A DNA stretch of 64,000 nt from Ostreococcus lucimarinus (lineage: Eukaryota), in assembly GCA_000092065.1 (NCBI GenBank), contig CP000582.1; one strand, given 5' to 3'. The notes under the pieces were generated by a model. That model saw only the letters and a list, made by a program, of their open reading frames with translations, had not been told where the DNA came from and made no database searches. Shown piece after piece: positions 10,181 through 21,214 of the stretch. The translations under genes and the position numbers were made by a program. Position 1 is the stretch's first letter; each line of letters begins with the position of its first letter.

Positions 10181-13100
10181 TCACGATGAAGTGAGTTCGA
10201 CTGTGTCACGCGAAAATCGCAATTCTTGAAAAACATCACTTGGGTTTTCGTTTCCTCCAACTCCTGCGATGACAAAAGTAAAAGTGAAACGCTTCCGAGC
10301 AGGTGCAAGAAATTCAGAGTGCACACATGGAAACCAACTGCAGTCTCCTCCTAAACCCATTTGGAATGTATCTAAATGTACGTGAATACTGTCACTTCGC
10401 TGAAGATCGTGCTGGTGGTTGGCTCGCGCCAGTTCAGCGTCAGAGAAATTTGACGCATTGAAATTGAAATTCTCCTTGCTCGTGAACAAGCACTTATTTC
10501 CGCTTGCGGAAGATTCTAAAGCCAGCCAGCGCACTTCTTGGCGAGCACCATTATCACTTGGTACTATATATGGAACATGAAGATCGTCAACAGTTGCGGA
10601 GTGGCGACCCAGAAACGCAGAGGACTTTCTATCTAAATAATTTTCATGTGGACCAAGTCCAAGCCACTCAACTTGTTGCATGGTTGCTCGACATTGCATC
10701 AGAACTCCAATTCGAGGAAGAGGTGGTAAATGAGGTGATAAATCGAATGTGCAAGTAACATTTAGATGACCAGACGCCAAGACCGTGTAATGAGAGCAAA
10801 GACGACATACAGTTTTCTTTTGAGCAGTTCGAAGCACAAGCTTACTAGCACAATGAAATCTTCCGAAGTTGTCTACGAAAGTTTCGACAGCTTCTTCGTG
10901 CTCATGCAAAGTATCCAGTCCTGCTTTGGCCCATCGCTCGGCAAAAGAAAAAATCCAACCACCACTGTCATTGTCTGTTGGAGCTCGCCATAAACTCGCT
11001 ATCGGGCCTGATTGAATCAACATTTCGCCGCGAAATTGAAACTTCAATAATCTACCGGAAGCTGCATTGAAAACATATGTGCTGTCTTGCGAAGTGACCC
11101 AAATCGCATCACTCAAATGCTCTATATGAATTGCAGCTTCACTGTTCAAGCTTCCCGGAACAGGGACTTTTTGTTGCGGCAACATAAGCTGACACTTTGC
11201 AATACTCACACCTTCAGGTATCCAAGACTGATGTTTGATGAACGAAGCCGATACGTCAATCCACCATTCTCCAAACACAAACTGCTTCCTCTGGACAAGC
11301 TGCGCGAGAGATGATAGTGATGGGAATAACTGGGACCATTCGTAAGAAGTTTCTGCTCCCGGTTGAATGTGAAGTTTGCTAAATTGGCCTTTCTTAAGTA
11401 TGAAGCCACTATCGAGAATCACGCACCAGTCGAACTTCATACACTCGAGATTTGTAAAGTGATATCGATTTTCAACGATAATCTTATCTCCTTGTGCGCG
11501 TATCATCGTAGGTTGTTGGAGATACTTCACTTCTTCCATGGCAGGATGAGGCGAACGGTCTGGGAAGACCAACCCGTTGATACAAAACTGCTTATCGTTT
11601 GGTGAATCTCCAAAATCTCCGCCATAGCCCCAATGAATTCGCCCATTTGTTGAACAGTTTAATCCTTGATCGATAAGGTCCCATATGAACCCTCCTTGCG
11701 CACTACGGTTGCTCCGAAACACTTCCCAATATTTGGCGAGACCACCATTGCTATTTCCCATGGCATGAGAATACTCACACAAAATGACTGGTCGATCATC
11801 CATCTGTGATGCAAGATCTTGGCAAATCTTAGGTGTTGCATACATGGGACAAATAATATCGGTGCACTTTGTCTTGAAGCCACCACCTTCATATTGAATT
11901 GGACGGGTTTTGTCATTTTGTTTTACCCATGAATACATAGCAAAGTGAGCGCCGCCACAACCTGACTCATTGCCAAGTGACCAAATAATGATAGAGCAAT
12001 GATTTTTGTCGCGTTGTACCATGCGTGATACTCTGGACATGTATGCATTTCTCCATACAGGATCATTTGCTAGATATGGCGTCGAATGTAAGCCAAACTC
12101 AAACCCATGTGTCTCAATATTGGCCTCATCAATAACGTACAATCCGTATTCATCACACAACTCATAAAACCTCGGATGATTCGGATAATGTGAAGTGCGC
12201 ACTGCGTTGAAATTGTTACGTTTCATCAGCAAAATGTCCTCTATCATGAGCTTCTCCGATACCGCCTTTCCCTCTACAGGGCAGTGTTCATGTCTATTTA
12301 CTCCTTGAAAAGTGATTCGTTTTTCGTTCACTAATAGTTGTTTGTTGAAAATCTGGACAGTTCGAAAGCCTACTCTGCACCCTTCGCAGTCTAAACACTC
12401 TCCAGATTCACTCTCCAAAATAATGGCAAGTAGATAAAGCGTTGGACGCTCAGACGACCATTCTGCCACGTTGCTTATGTTGAAGCATACATTTGCATAT
12501 TGCCTAACTTCCTCTATGTTTTTTTCTTGCGTTGTACCAAAATCAGGTGAATAGTGTTGGATAAGAAACTTGTCCGTAGTTCCAGTAGATATTTCACGTA
12601 AGGAAGAATCAAAAAGACGAACACGAAGACGTTTATTGTCATTGTTGAAGTACGCATTGGCGGTGTCACAAATTTCAATCCCAACTCGAAGCTCCCATGT
12701 GCCTGACTGCCAATCACAACACTCTGTCTGCACGGAGTAATCGCAGATATGTGACGCTCTTTTACGATACAAATAAACATCTCTGAATATTCCACTGAGC
12801 CACCATTGATCTTGATCCTCTAAGTAACTACCATCGCACCATCGATAAACGCGGACCACCACCAAGTTAGTCCCGCTTTGCAAAGAATCTGATACGTCGA
12901 ATTCGGCGGTCATTTTGCTATCTTGAGAGTAACCGACAAGTTGACCATTGATCCATATATGAAACGCTGCATCGACCCCCTCAAACACGATGAAAGTCCT
13001 TTCATATGATTCATTCCAGTCCATATCTAGCTGGAAGGTTCGCCTGTACAGGCCCGTCGGATTTGTCGCGTGCACGCAGTTTTCACACAGAACACCAGCA

Positions 13101-13432
13101 TCAATACCTAGCTTAATAGACGTACGCGCGACTGGTGGATGCAATGGAAAAGGATATTGAAAGTTTGTGTAAATAGGTCGATCCCATCCTTTGCATTGCC
13201 AATTTGCAGGGACTGGAATCTCTGCCCAGAACGTGTCTGAGAAGTTTGACAGTGTAAATTCATCAGATATGGCGCGTGGATTCTTCAGAAGCTTGAACTT
13301 CCACGTGCCATTCAGGTTCTGAACGTTGGCTAAATTAATTCTCTCATTCCAGAGGCCTCCACCTTTCCAGAAAGATATACATTCGTCCACAGTTCTGAAA
13401 GAATATAAGGTGCAGTGACTTGGCCTAGGCAT
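10181..13432 (-). CDS. glycoside hydrolase family 2 beta-galactosidase (LacZ-type), intronless
   Basis: ~1083-aa ORF. Diagnostic LacZ blocks present: NLNGTWKF..VPANWQ..WDRPIYTNFQYPFP, WSLGNESGCGGAHFAMYSWVKQNDKTRPIQYEGGG, ILCEYSHAMGNSNGG, FIWDLIDQG. First ATG at 13432 (MPRPSH..). Contains an insertion (RTSIKLGIDAGVLCENCVHA) relative to E. coli LacZ. Confidence 0.9.
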   Translation of the reverse strand: MPRPSHCTLYSFRTVDECISFWKGGGLWNERINLANVQNLNGTWKFKLLKNPRAISDEFTLSNFSDTFWAEIPVPANWQCKGWDRPIYTNFQYPFPLHPPVARTSIKLGIDAGVLCENCVHATNPTGLYRRTFQLDMDWNESYERTFIVFEGVDAAFHIWINGQLVGYSQDSKMTAEFDVSDSLQSGTNLVVVRVYRWCDGSYLEDQDQWWLSGIFRDVYLYRKRASHICDYSVQTECCDWQSGTWELRVGIEICDTANAYFNNDNKRLRVRLFDSSLREISTGTTDKFLIQHYSPDFGTTQEKNIEEVRQYANVCFNISNVAEWSSERPTLYLLAIILESESGECLDCEGCRVGFRTVQIFNKQLLVNEKRITFQGVNRHEHCPVEGKAVSEKLMIEDILLMKRNNFNAVRTSHYPNHPRFYELCDEYGLYVIDEANIETHGFEFGLHSTPYLANDPVWRNAYMSRVSRMVQRDKNHCSIIIWSLGNESGCGGAHFAMYSWVKQNDKTRPIQYEGGGFKTKCTDIICPMYATPKICQDLASQMDDRPVILCEYSHAMGNSNGGLAKYWEVFRSNRSAQGGFIWDLIDQGLNCSTNGRIHWGYGGDFGDSPNDKQFCINGLVFPDRSPHPAMEEVKYLQQPTMIRAQGDKIIVENRYHFTNLECMKFDWCVILDSGFILKKGQFSKLHIQPGAETSYEWSQLFPSLSSLAQLVQRKQFVFGEWWIDVSASFIKHQSWIPEGVSIAKCQLMLPQQKVPVPGSLNSEAAIHIEHLSDAIWVTSQDSTYVFNAASGRLLKFQFRGEMLIQSGPIASLWRAPTDNDSGGWIFSFAERWAKAGLDTLHEHEEAVETFVDNFGRFHCASKLVLRTAQKKTVCRLCSHYTVLASGHLNVTCTFDLSPHLPPLPRIGVLMQCRATMQQVEWLGLGPHENYLDRKSSAFLGRHSATVDDLHVPYIVPSDNGARQEVRWLALESSASGNKCLFTSKENFNFNASNFSDAELARANHQHDLQRSDSIHVHLDTFQMGLGGDCSWFPCVHSEFLAPARKRFTFTFVIAGVGGNENPSDVFQELRFSRDTVELTSS

Positions 13433-14134
13433 ATTTAGCACACATATAGAAACAGTCGACACGACCTACCTTCGATCACGACCAACAATAGATGCGTTCT
13501 CCCAGTCGGCGATTTCGGCCGACGATAAAGGCTCGTCTACCTATTTTTCGTGTGATTGCATTTCAATTAGTTGTATGCGACACGTACTGAAACCAGTTGC
13601 TCCTGAACGCAACTGTCGAAAAAGGTTGCGTAGGAACACTCCCCGATTCTGAGTATAATTGATAGCACGCGCGATGTGCGAAAAGTCCAGCTTTCGTAAA
13701 AGTTGATTATTCCCTGGAGACTAAAGCAACGAAACACGAAGCTTGCAAAGAGGTTCCAAAAGTACATTTTGGAATGCGCGTAGCGCTACGACAGCTGTTT
13801 GCTATGACCGCTGTTTCCGTCGAAGGATTACGTGTAGGTCGATTTCAAGACTTATGATATGTCGTACGCGTGACGCGTTCGCGAACACGCGTCGTCACTT
13901 GTGGGGGAGTGTTGCAGAGGGTACGACGCACTACCGAACTGGGCCTGACAACGCTTCTTTAAGTCTCCCAGGGTGCTGGAAAAATTTATATATCGCACCT
14001 TTAGAGAGTACCTACACACATGACGAGTCATGAACCGTGGATATATACGTATTTTACACCGTTTAGTGCCATCTACAATAGAGTATTCCTACCTTGGTGA
14101 AAAGTAGTAGTAGTATGTTGGTATGATACCTTTG

Positions 14135-14163
14135 CTGAAGGTCCTTCAGTGAAGGACCTTCAG
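14135..14163. repeat. perfect 29-nt palindrome (14-bp arms around a central G)
   Basis: CTGAAGGTCCTTCA-G-TGAAGGACCTTCAG; each arm is itself near-palindromic. Sits in a ~1.6-kb stretch (13.46–15.1 kb) with no recognisable gene. Confidence 0.6.
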
Positions 14164-15097
14164 ACAAAGTTAGTTGAATACGGAGAAGACCGGCTCGCGG
14201 CGGACAGAATACACGACGTGCAACGAGAGCTTCGATACTGTCTTGTGATAGCAACCCAACTGAAATCAAGCGGAAGTATCGTCTGATTACGCAGCGATGC
14301 CCCGAACCGAAACTGGCAACGTTCGTCTTCTTGCACGTGTCCGACGGGGCGAGTCAGGGTCACCAGCGTACTTTTGATATCAGGGTGCTCCACAGCACAT
14401 CATAAGCATCAAATTCAAAATTAGTTGCTACCCAATTGAATCCTCTGTGGTCATCTACGATGCCGACTGAAGACCGCGGTGGACTTTCTGGCCCAACAGT
14501 ACTCAAGTTTCTTCGCACGACCAGTCTAGTAGCTTTTAAGTTGTGGGCACCAGGTATAGAAAGTATTCCAGTCGAAACACTATCTTTCTCAGACTCAACA
14601 TAGGACCATTCAAGTTAGTGCTGTGCAAGGACCTACTGCGCTCAGTACAAATGGCGCTCGTGAAAACACGCTCAGTGCAAAAAAATATATTATGTGACAA
14701 CTCAAGTTGTACTACTCCAGTACCCCTCTTAAGCAGAGTGTTTCACGGTGTATCAACTAGCATAATATGGAGGCTTCAATTAAATGTTGAGGTATGACAT
14801 TGGTACAGTCAATTCCTCCTTCATTTGGATTCAGATTACTCTTTTAGCTCCTCGGTTTATGTGTTCGCTTTTTACTCCCTGGAACATTCAGAACCTTGCA
14901 GTTCTACAATCTCCTTTTCAAGTTGACGTGCGGGTACGTCAAAACAGCAGTCTGGTGCGTTATTAACACTCTTCTTTCGTCATGGTTTGAACGATTCTTA
15001 CATACATAGGGATATACGAACCGCGAAATGCATATCGGAGTTGAAGGTGCCTCGTTGCTTTTCCCATACTATATTCAATATTCATGACAAGATTTAG

Positions 15098-16648
15098 GAA
15101 TGCTGGGACTCTCGCCATAGCAAGGCCGCAAATTTGACAAAAAGGACATTGTTAAAATTATCAGGTTTCTACTTGAAGGTACTTTCACTTTGCAAGATGC
15201 ACTTGGTGGCTAAAAGTAGCCTAGGTAGCGCAAGTTTTTGCCACGAAAGCAGATCTACTACCAAAAGAATACGTTCACGCGCTCAGCTGCGTTCTTGATG
15301 ATTGCGCTCCGATGCCCGTCGGTGAGGTCAAGAGAGTGGTAGAGCGAGAATTAGGCGCTCCAATATCGAAGATTTTTCATCGATTTGACTTGCAACCGAT
15401 CGGCTCAGCCACTATTGCTCAAGTCCACCGCGCAGTCTTGCAAGACGGTCGACATGTCGCTGTAAAAGTACAAAATACTCGAAACAAAAAGCTGATGCGA
15501 TTTGATTTACGCAACATGCTTTTTGTTTCTCGGTTACTGGATCGACTTCGAGTATATCTTCCGTTCGATCATACAAGCATTTTAGTAGAATATTCCACAC
15601 AGGTACGCACAATACACCTGCAAGTATTAATGTTCAACTTAACGTCACCCAGGTACCTCTGGAATTTGATTTTAATAGGGAGAGACGCATGTTGAGCGTC
15701 CTAGGTCGTCGTATTAGCTCTAATCATAAAGTTCGTGTTCCAGCACCGATCGATGGACTCTGCACTGCTCAAGTGTTGACTATGACTTTGATTGAAGGCA
15801 AACCTTTAGCAACTTTTACGTCAGTCAGCTCAAAGAAAAATGTGGAGGGCAATCTTGATTATCTTAGAGACAATTTGAGGGAATTACTAGCAAGCTTTGG
15901 ATTTCAAATCTTGAACTTAGGTGTTTTTCACAGTGATCCCCATCCGGGCAATATTTTACTAAGAGATTTTCGAGACATTGCGCTGATAGATTTTGGTCAG
16001 GTGAAAATATTATCTGATGAAACACGAGTGCTGTTTGCGCATCTTGTCGTATCATTGTACGAAGAGTCGGATCAATTGTACGCAATATTAAAAACACTCA
16101 AAGTTGAGTTTACAATAAATGATCCAAAATTGATAAGGACCATAGCTTCAATTCTGTTTGATACACGCATGGATATACCCGAAGCACTCGTATCCCCACT
16201 AGATTCTGAATTTCCAGCGGAACTACGCAGTGTGAGAATAAATGTGATACCCACGGAGGTTTTCATGATTATTCGTATCATTGCTATATTTCGAGGCATC
16301 TTTTCAGCTTTGGATATCGATTTACATGCGAGGAAACTTTGGGTCAGCAGTGCACGACAAACAATTCTCGATTCCGAGCGTGTATATAACTTCAATATTC
16401 TAGCGACACCAAGAAATGAAGTGAACATCGTTGATCAGCTGAAGCATTTTAGTGCTTGGCTTGCCCTTCATGGCTTGCCTCACCAGAGGGAGTATATGAT
16501 GGCTTTTGCGAAGTTACATGTGTTTTGTATCAAAGATTTACGGAAACTTGCCGCAGAGAACGAGCGATCAGCACTTGATGCCGTATTCGCAAACTTCTCG
16601 GAACAGGATAGAAGCCGTTGTCTAAAACTTTGCTATGAGCATTCATGA
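15098..16648 (+). CDS. ABC1/ADCK (UbiB-family) atypical protein kinase; 5′ exons upstream of 15098 unresolved
   Basis: Exons read ..KAANLTKRTLLKLSGFYLK / VAQVFATKADLLPKEYVHALSCVLDDCAPMPVGEVKRVVERELGAPISKIFHRFDLQPIGSATIAQVHRAVLQDGRHVAVKVQ..YSTQ / VPLEFDFNRERRML.. The signature FHSDPHPGNILL is present. Introns at ~15179..15223 and 15603..15652 (GTACGC donor). Stop at 16646..16648. Confidence 0.8.
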
Positions 16649-17093
16649 AAGCGAATATCATAGTTCAACCTGTGTCTTCGTCGAGTACCAGGAGCACTTA
16701 TTCAACTTATTCAACCAAATTTTGGATTAACGTGAATCCCGACCGGGATACTTTAAAATAGTAATTACATTTTATTAGATCTTAAAAATCTCTCAATGCA
16801 GCAAATTTTCAGTTCAGGTGCCTGTGAATGTTTAATAAATAAAATAACACACGGGCGTGCCGTTCCTCAACACCCCCGCCAGTCGCCAGACACGCACATA
16901 TACCGAACTGATTCGAGCCGTCGAATGGTCACGTAAAGCACGCATATTGCAGAGTCCTACCGTTGTTCAACTTTTAACTAGAGTTCGCGATGGGTAAGTC
17001 CATCGCTCACGCCAGTCACTCCCACTTCAACTCATACATTTTTGTTACAATACAGGCATTAAGGAGGGTCTCTCCGAACTTTGGGATGACTTG

Positions 17094-18794
17094 ATGTCTT
17101 ATCGGACACTTAAGGTGGTCAAAATAAGCGATAGGCGCCTGGCCTATGTTCACAAGACGCTCATGGTGACGATTCTTGTGTACGCTCTCGTTTCAGTCAT
17201 CGGGGCCCACACGTACATGCTCAAGGAAAAGCCACGAGCATACATGTCTACCATATTCAATGATACAGTGAGAGATTTGAATCTCGCTGATAGTGCAATG
17301 CTCAATCAAATTTATTGCAACGCGTCATATTCGGACTTCGCTGGAGACTCACTTGTACCGGAAGGTTCATATTTAAATAACAGTTGCGTCACTCATATAC
17401 CGACAGCACAAATGGTTGAAACTGATGAGGTGGCTACGTTCATCGCGACGCATTTGAAGTCGAGAATGTTTACAAGATCGTGTGCAGATGCTTTGACCCA
17501 GGTCGGTTGCAGCATATCATATCAAACAGATGTTAATCAGTTCCCACTTGATCCAGACAACTTAATCCTGCAAATCCGGCCGCGTTTTGTTACGAGTTGG
17601 GGGTATAACGGCTATCCCGAATCGGTTGCTGTATTTGATCACACGTCGACAGCATTTCGAACATTTTACTCTAACGATGCGAATAACTCGGCGAAATTCC
17701 CGATTATGTACCTTCATGAGATCCTGCGATTAGCTGGTATCGAGCTGGACGAAAGAAACGAGATTGAAGTTTCGTCCGCTTTCGCCACGAATTTTCCCAT
17801 TTATCGGCTGACGGGCGTGCGATTGAGTGTTGACTTGACTTTTAGTAACTTTCGTCCGATGTCGCACTTCAAACCGTTCGATTTCAGTGCTGAAGCAGAT
17901 ATGAATATTCAACTGAGCAGTGAGGGAAGCTTTGTCACAAGCGTAGACATGGTGCATTTCTCCGGACCAGCATCAGATATCTCTGCAAGTGGAACTGTGA
18001 TGCAGTACAGAGGAGTGCAATTGGAGTATGGTGCAAAGGGTCTGATGGGCAAAGCTGACTTCTACACAGCAATGATGGCAATAATGAGCTGCTTCATTAT
18101 GGTCTCTGTCGCGACAACGGTTGTTGATATTATCGGTGCTTTTATCTACGATTCTTTCAAAGACGATAAAATAGAAGATGACGGTGAGCGACAGCATTTA
18201 GAGCACATGATTCTAAACTTGGAGACCGTTGGCGTGCCTTTCGGACACGACGACTTACAAATTCTACCAAATGTATCCATGAAGGAGTTCCTTCAGTTGC
18301 TTCAACGTGACATCGTCAAATTGAACGCTCTGGCGCACCACATGAGTCGTGATTTGGCAGCAGCAGGAGTAAATCAGCACACGGTATCAATCCAACAACC
18401 AACCAAGCATGCAAGTATGCCGAAGTATAAATGTAAACTTGTCGCACCCGATAGAACAGACGTTTACCTCACCGGTGGGCCTCAAACAATTGGACGTGGG
18501 CACGGTGGTTGTGAATCAAAGCGCATTTCACATAAGCAGCTAAGTATTATAGCGAATATTCAAACCGGCGTGGCTTTGGTGAAAGGTCTGCACACGAAGA
18601 ATGTGTCTGGTGTCGCTTTAGCCGGTGGTGCATGGCAGACGCTCGGCGCAAATGATGAAGTTGAGCTGGAGGCAGGTGATATGATAGCATTAATATTAGA
18701 CCAGAACGAAGAGGAGACAAGCGCAGAGGGTGTTTTCATTTACGCTGTCGAGAAATTCGAGGAAATAACGAGTAAGAGCTGGTTTAGTCTTTGA
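17094..18794 (+). CDS. P2X-like ATP-gated cation channel with a ~230-aa C-terminal cytoplasmic extension (FHA-like)
   Basis: N-terminus is YRTLKVVKI (the YxTxK motif) followed by TM1 (TLMVTILVYALVSVIGAHTY). The Cys-rich ectodomain reads FPIMYLHEILRLAGIELDE, matching the P2X motif CPIFRLGDIVE.AGENF. TM2 is AIMSCFIMVSVATTVVDIIGAFIY. The C-terminal tail carries TIGRGHGG..RISHKQLSI..NVSGVAL..VELEAGDMIAL, reminiscent of the FHA GR / SxxH / NG / GD.I.LG pattern. Single exon. Confidence 0.65.
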   Translation: MSYRTLKVVKISDRRLAYVHKTLMVTILVYALVSVIGAHTYMLKEKPRAYMSTIFNDTVRDLNLADSAMLNQIYCNASYSDFAGDSLVPEGSYLNNSCVTHIPTAQMVETDEVATFIATHLKSRMFTRSCADALTQVGCSISYQTDVNQFPLDPDNLILQIRPRFVTSWGYNGYPESVAVFDHTSTAFRTFYSNDANNSAKFPIMYLHEILRLAGIELDERNEIEVSSAFATNFPIYRLTGVRLSVDLTFSNFRPMSHFKPFDFSAEADMNIQLSSEGSFVTSVDMVHFSGPASDISASGTVMQYRGVQLEYGAKGLMGKADFYTAMMAIMSCFIMVSVATTVVDIIGAFIYDSFKDDKIEDDGERQHLEHMILNLETVGVPFGHDDLQILPNVSMKEFLQLLQRDIVKLNALAHHMSRDLAAAGVNQHTVSIQQPTKHASMPKYKCKLVAPDRTDVYLTGGPQTIGRGHGGCESKRISHKQLSIIANIQTGVALVKGLHTKNVSGVALAGGAWQTLGANDEVELEAGDMIALILDQNEEETSAEGVFIYAVEKFEEITSKSWFSL

Positions 18795-18861
18795 AAGACG
18801 AGACATTTTGCAAGAATGCAGGAGCGAAGCGTGAAAAAGATCCAGGCAACGACCACACCTA

Positions 18862-20606
18862 CTAACCGATGTCCTTGAGAAGTTTTCCATAGTAAACAAA
18901 TTTCCACTGTGTCTGCTTGTAATGTAACCACCTATCTTCAAATAGGGAAAGATTTCTTTGAGACGTCTCTCCATTCATGGGAACTAGTGTTGCGAAAAAT
19001 AAAGCTGCCTTCGGGAATACTTAATAGGCGATTGCGTCTTTAATAGTTCGAGTGCAAGCAGCTTACCTCGAGCCATGTGAGTGCCTCGCACATTTGAGCC
19101 TCATAAAATAGTCCTGCAGAGGTGTTAATCTAATCCTAACTACAAGCAGAAATAGAACACCTTCAACGTTCATTTCTGAATTCTTTTCCGCCTGGTACTC
19201 TTGCAAAAATGATAGCAAACTTTCATCGTAGAAGGAGTTCGTAGTTCGAAACAATTTCATTGTATCGAATCCACGATAATTTGGGCCGGCTAAATCAATG
19301 TCGATCAACTTTAGTGAAACGAAGGTATGAGGTGTAAGTAAGTGACTTCAACGTGAAGTTTATGGTGTACCTTGAAGTTTCGGTCCTGTTGGTAGATTAC
19401 GTTCGATGGCTTCAGGTCACCGTGACAGAAACAGATAGGTAAGTGAACGCTCTGGATATTTTGTGAGATACTATTGAATTTTGGACACTCATATACACGC
19501 CTTGAAGAAAGATTCCACTTTGAACACTTCATCCTCTAATTCCTAAAGCAATGTCAACTTGTCAACTTGAGCGACCACCAACTGGTACTTTGCGCTTTGC
19601 GCCGCACCTTGACCCCAACACCAGCGATCATGCCCCCCTTTGAAAATCTTAGTCTCATTAACATCCGGGGATTTCGACACTACCTCAAGTGGTCGCAACT
19701 GCATCAGCATTTGATGAAACCATTTCCATATGAGTGCCCGCTCACGTCCTTCACAAGTCAGGGGAAGTAAAGGTTTCAAGATCTCAAATGATTCACCCTC
19801 TACGTGCACTGAGTGCAGCCTACTTATTCTACGATATTGTGACAAAAGATTTAACATTCTTGTTCAAAGATTCGAGAGTGTGCTTACAATTTAGCAGTTG
19901 ACTTGCAGAACGAAAGTTCCTTCATATCTTCTTCTCGGAGAACTCGGCCATCCAAGTACTCAGTAACGATGATATCATCGGCGTGTGAAATATAATGCGG
20001 ACAAATGCCACGTTCTGCCAAAGTTTTATGCATCTCGATGCAACTGCGCGCTCTTGAGACAGTTGAAATGTACTGTGTACTTCACGCCTACCTCAGTAAG
20101 TCACAGCGCAGTTTTGACAACTTGCTGTACTTTTTTACTACAAAGGTTTCGCCTCCACATGAGACCTTGTGCAGATGTGAATTTTAGTTTTTAAATAATG
20201 TAGCGCCGTTTCGTATCGGATACCTTGAAAACTTGGTTGCAGAAGCCTTCTGTGAACTGTGCGCACTCGAGTCTAACAGAAAAAGTTTAGGTATTGAGAA
20301 TATCCAAGATCGGCGGCGGATATGAGTAACTTACTTCACCGAATGCTTGTAATTTAAAATACTTTTGATGGCGTCAACATCTTCCACACTTAGTGATGTT
20401 GCTACTTTTTTCGAGAAAGCAGTTGCGCTTGGACTCCGTCGAGTTTGTCGAACTTTGCAATAACTTGGTCGTTCCGGTCGGGAAAGGACGAAAGCATGCA
20501 TCACCCTCTCATGCAGGGGTATCAAGCATATCTTAACTTGCTCTAGTAGAGAGAAGCAAGTGCGAAACGCGTCGGCCTGTCCTGGGCATAGCCGGTCTCC
20601 CGGCAA
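18862..20606 (-). CDS. choline/ethanolamine kinase (about 6 exons)
   Basis: Exons read ..NYKHSVK / LECAQFTEGFCNQVFK / VSCGGETFVVKKYSKLSKLRCDLL / ..CIEMHKTLAERGICPHYISHADDIIVTEYLDGRVLREEDMKELSFC.. / ..ICFCHGDLKPSNVIY.. (Brenner motif) / IDIDLAGPNYRGFDTMKLF (ChoK motif IDxE..NYRGFDI.NHF) / ..LFEDRWLHYKQ*. Introns are ~46–63 nt. The stop at 18862..18864 lies 68 bp from the convergent P2X stop. Confidence 0.75.
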
Positions 20607-21154
20607 ACTGCTGAATTGTGAAAAATAGCAATAGTGGCAAATTGTACTTACTAGTCCTGTATTGTACTTGTGTGACTATCTATATAAATCCGCGAAATAT
20701 AGCACAGTTATGAAAATCTATTCGCAACATCGAGAACTCGAGAAGCATGTCCGTTCGTTTGAAAAATTCGAACTTAGCTGCATCGACGGCTCGTCAGTAC
20801 GAAGCCTGAACAAGGTCTGCGTACAGCCATTGAAGGCAGCACCTCGACCTCGACACAGAGGAAGAAAACAAGAGAGAAAGGATATAGACACAGAGACACA
20901 GACAGAGATGTCAACACGTCCGACGTTTACATACGAAGTGCGTACCCATTTCTCGCGTTCTGCAAGCTCAGGCGTATGACTCCCCGGTAGGAAACGGATT
21001 TCATATCACAAGATATACTGGTCGAAATAACACCACATTTTTTACGCGAGGTAAGCATATTTCCGTCCGGATTACTTCATTACGTTAACAGCGAACGACG
21101 TTTTCTGCATACAGCGCGATCAACTTGTAACTGCTGAGGTAAGGTTCGCGAAAA

Positions 21155-21165
21155 GAGTGAGAGAG

Positions 21166-21212
<47 letters not shown>
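21155..21212. repeat. (GA)n microsatellite, about 27 units, with a GAGAAAAA-containing lead-in
   Basis: Visible directly: gagtgagagagaaaaa(ga)n, then gggg. Confidence 0.95.

Positions 21213-21214
<2 letters not shown>

Noticed and set aside
15864-16428. Minus-strand ORFs (77 and 118 aa)
   Set aside because: Antisense to the ABC1 kinase exon.
21155-21212. GA dinucleotide array considered as possible CRISPR or structured repeat
   Set aside because: Simple (GA)n microsatellite without spacers. Eukaryotic context.
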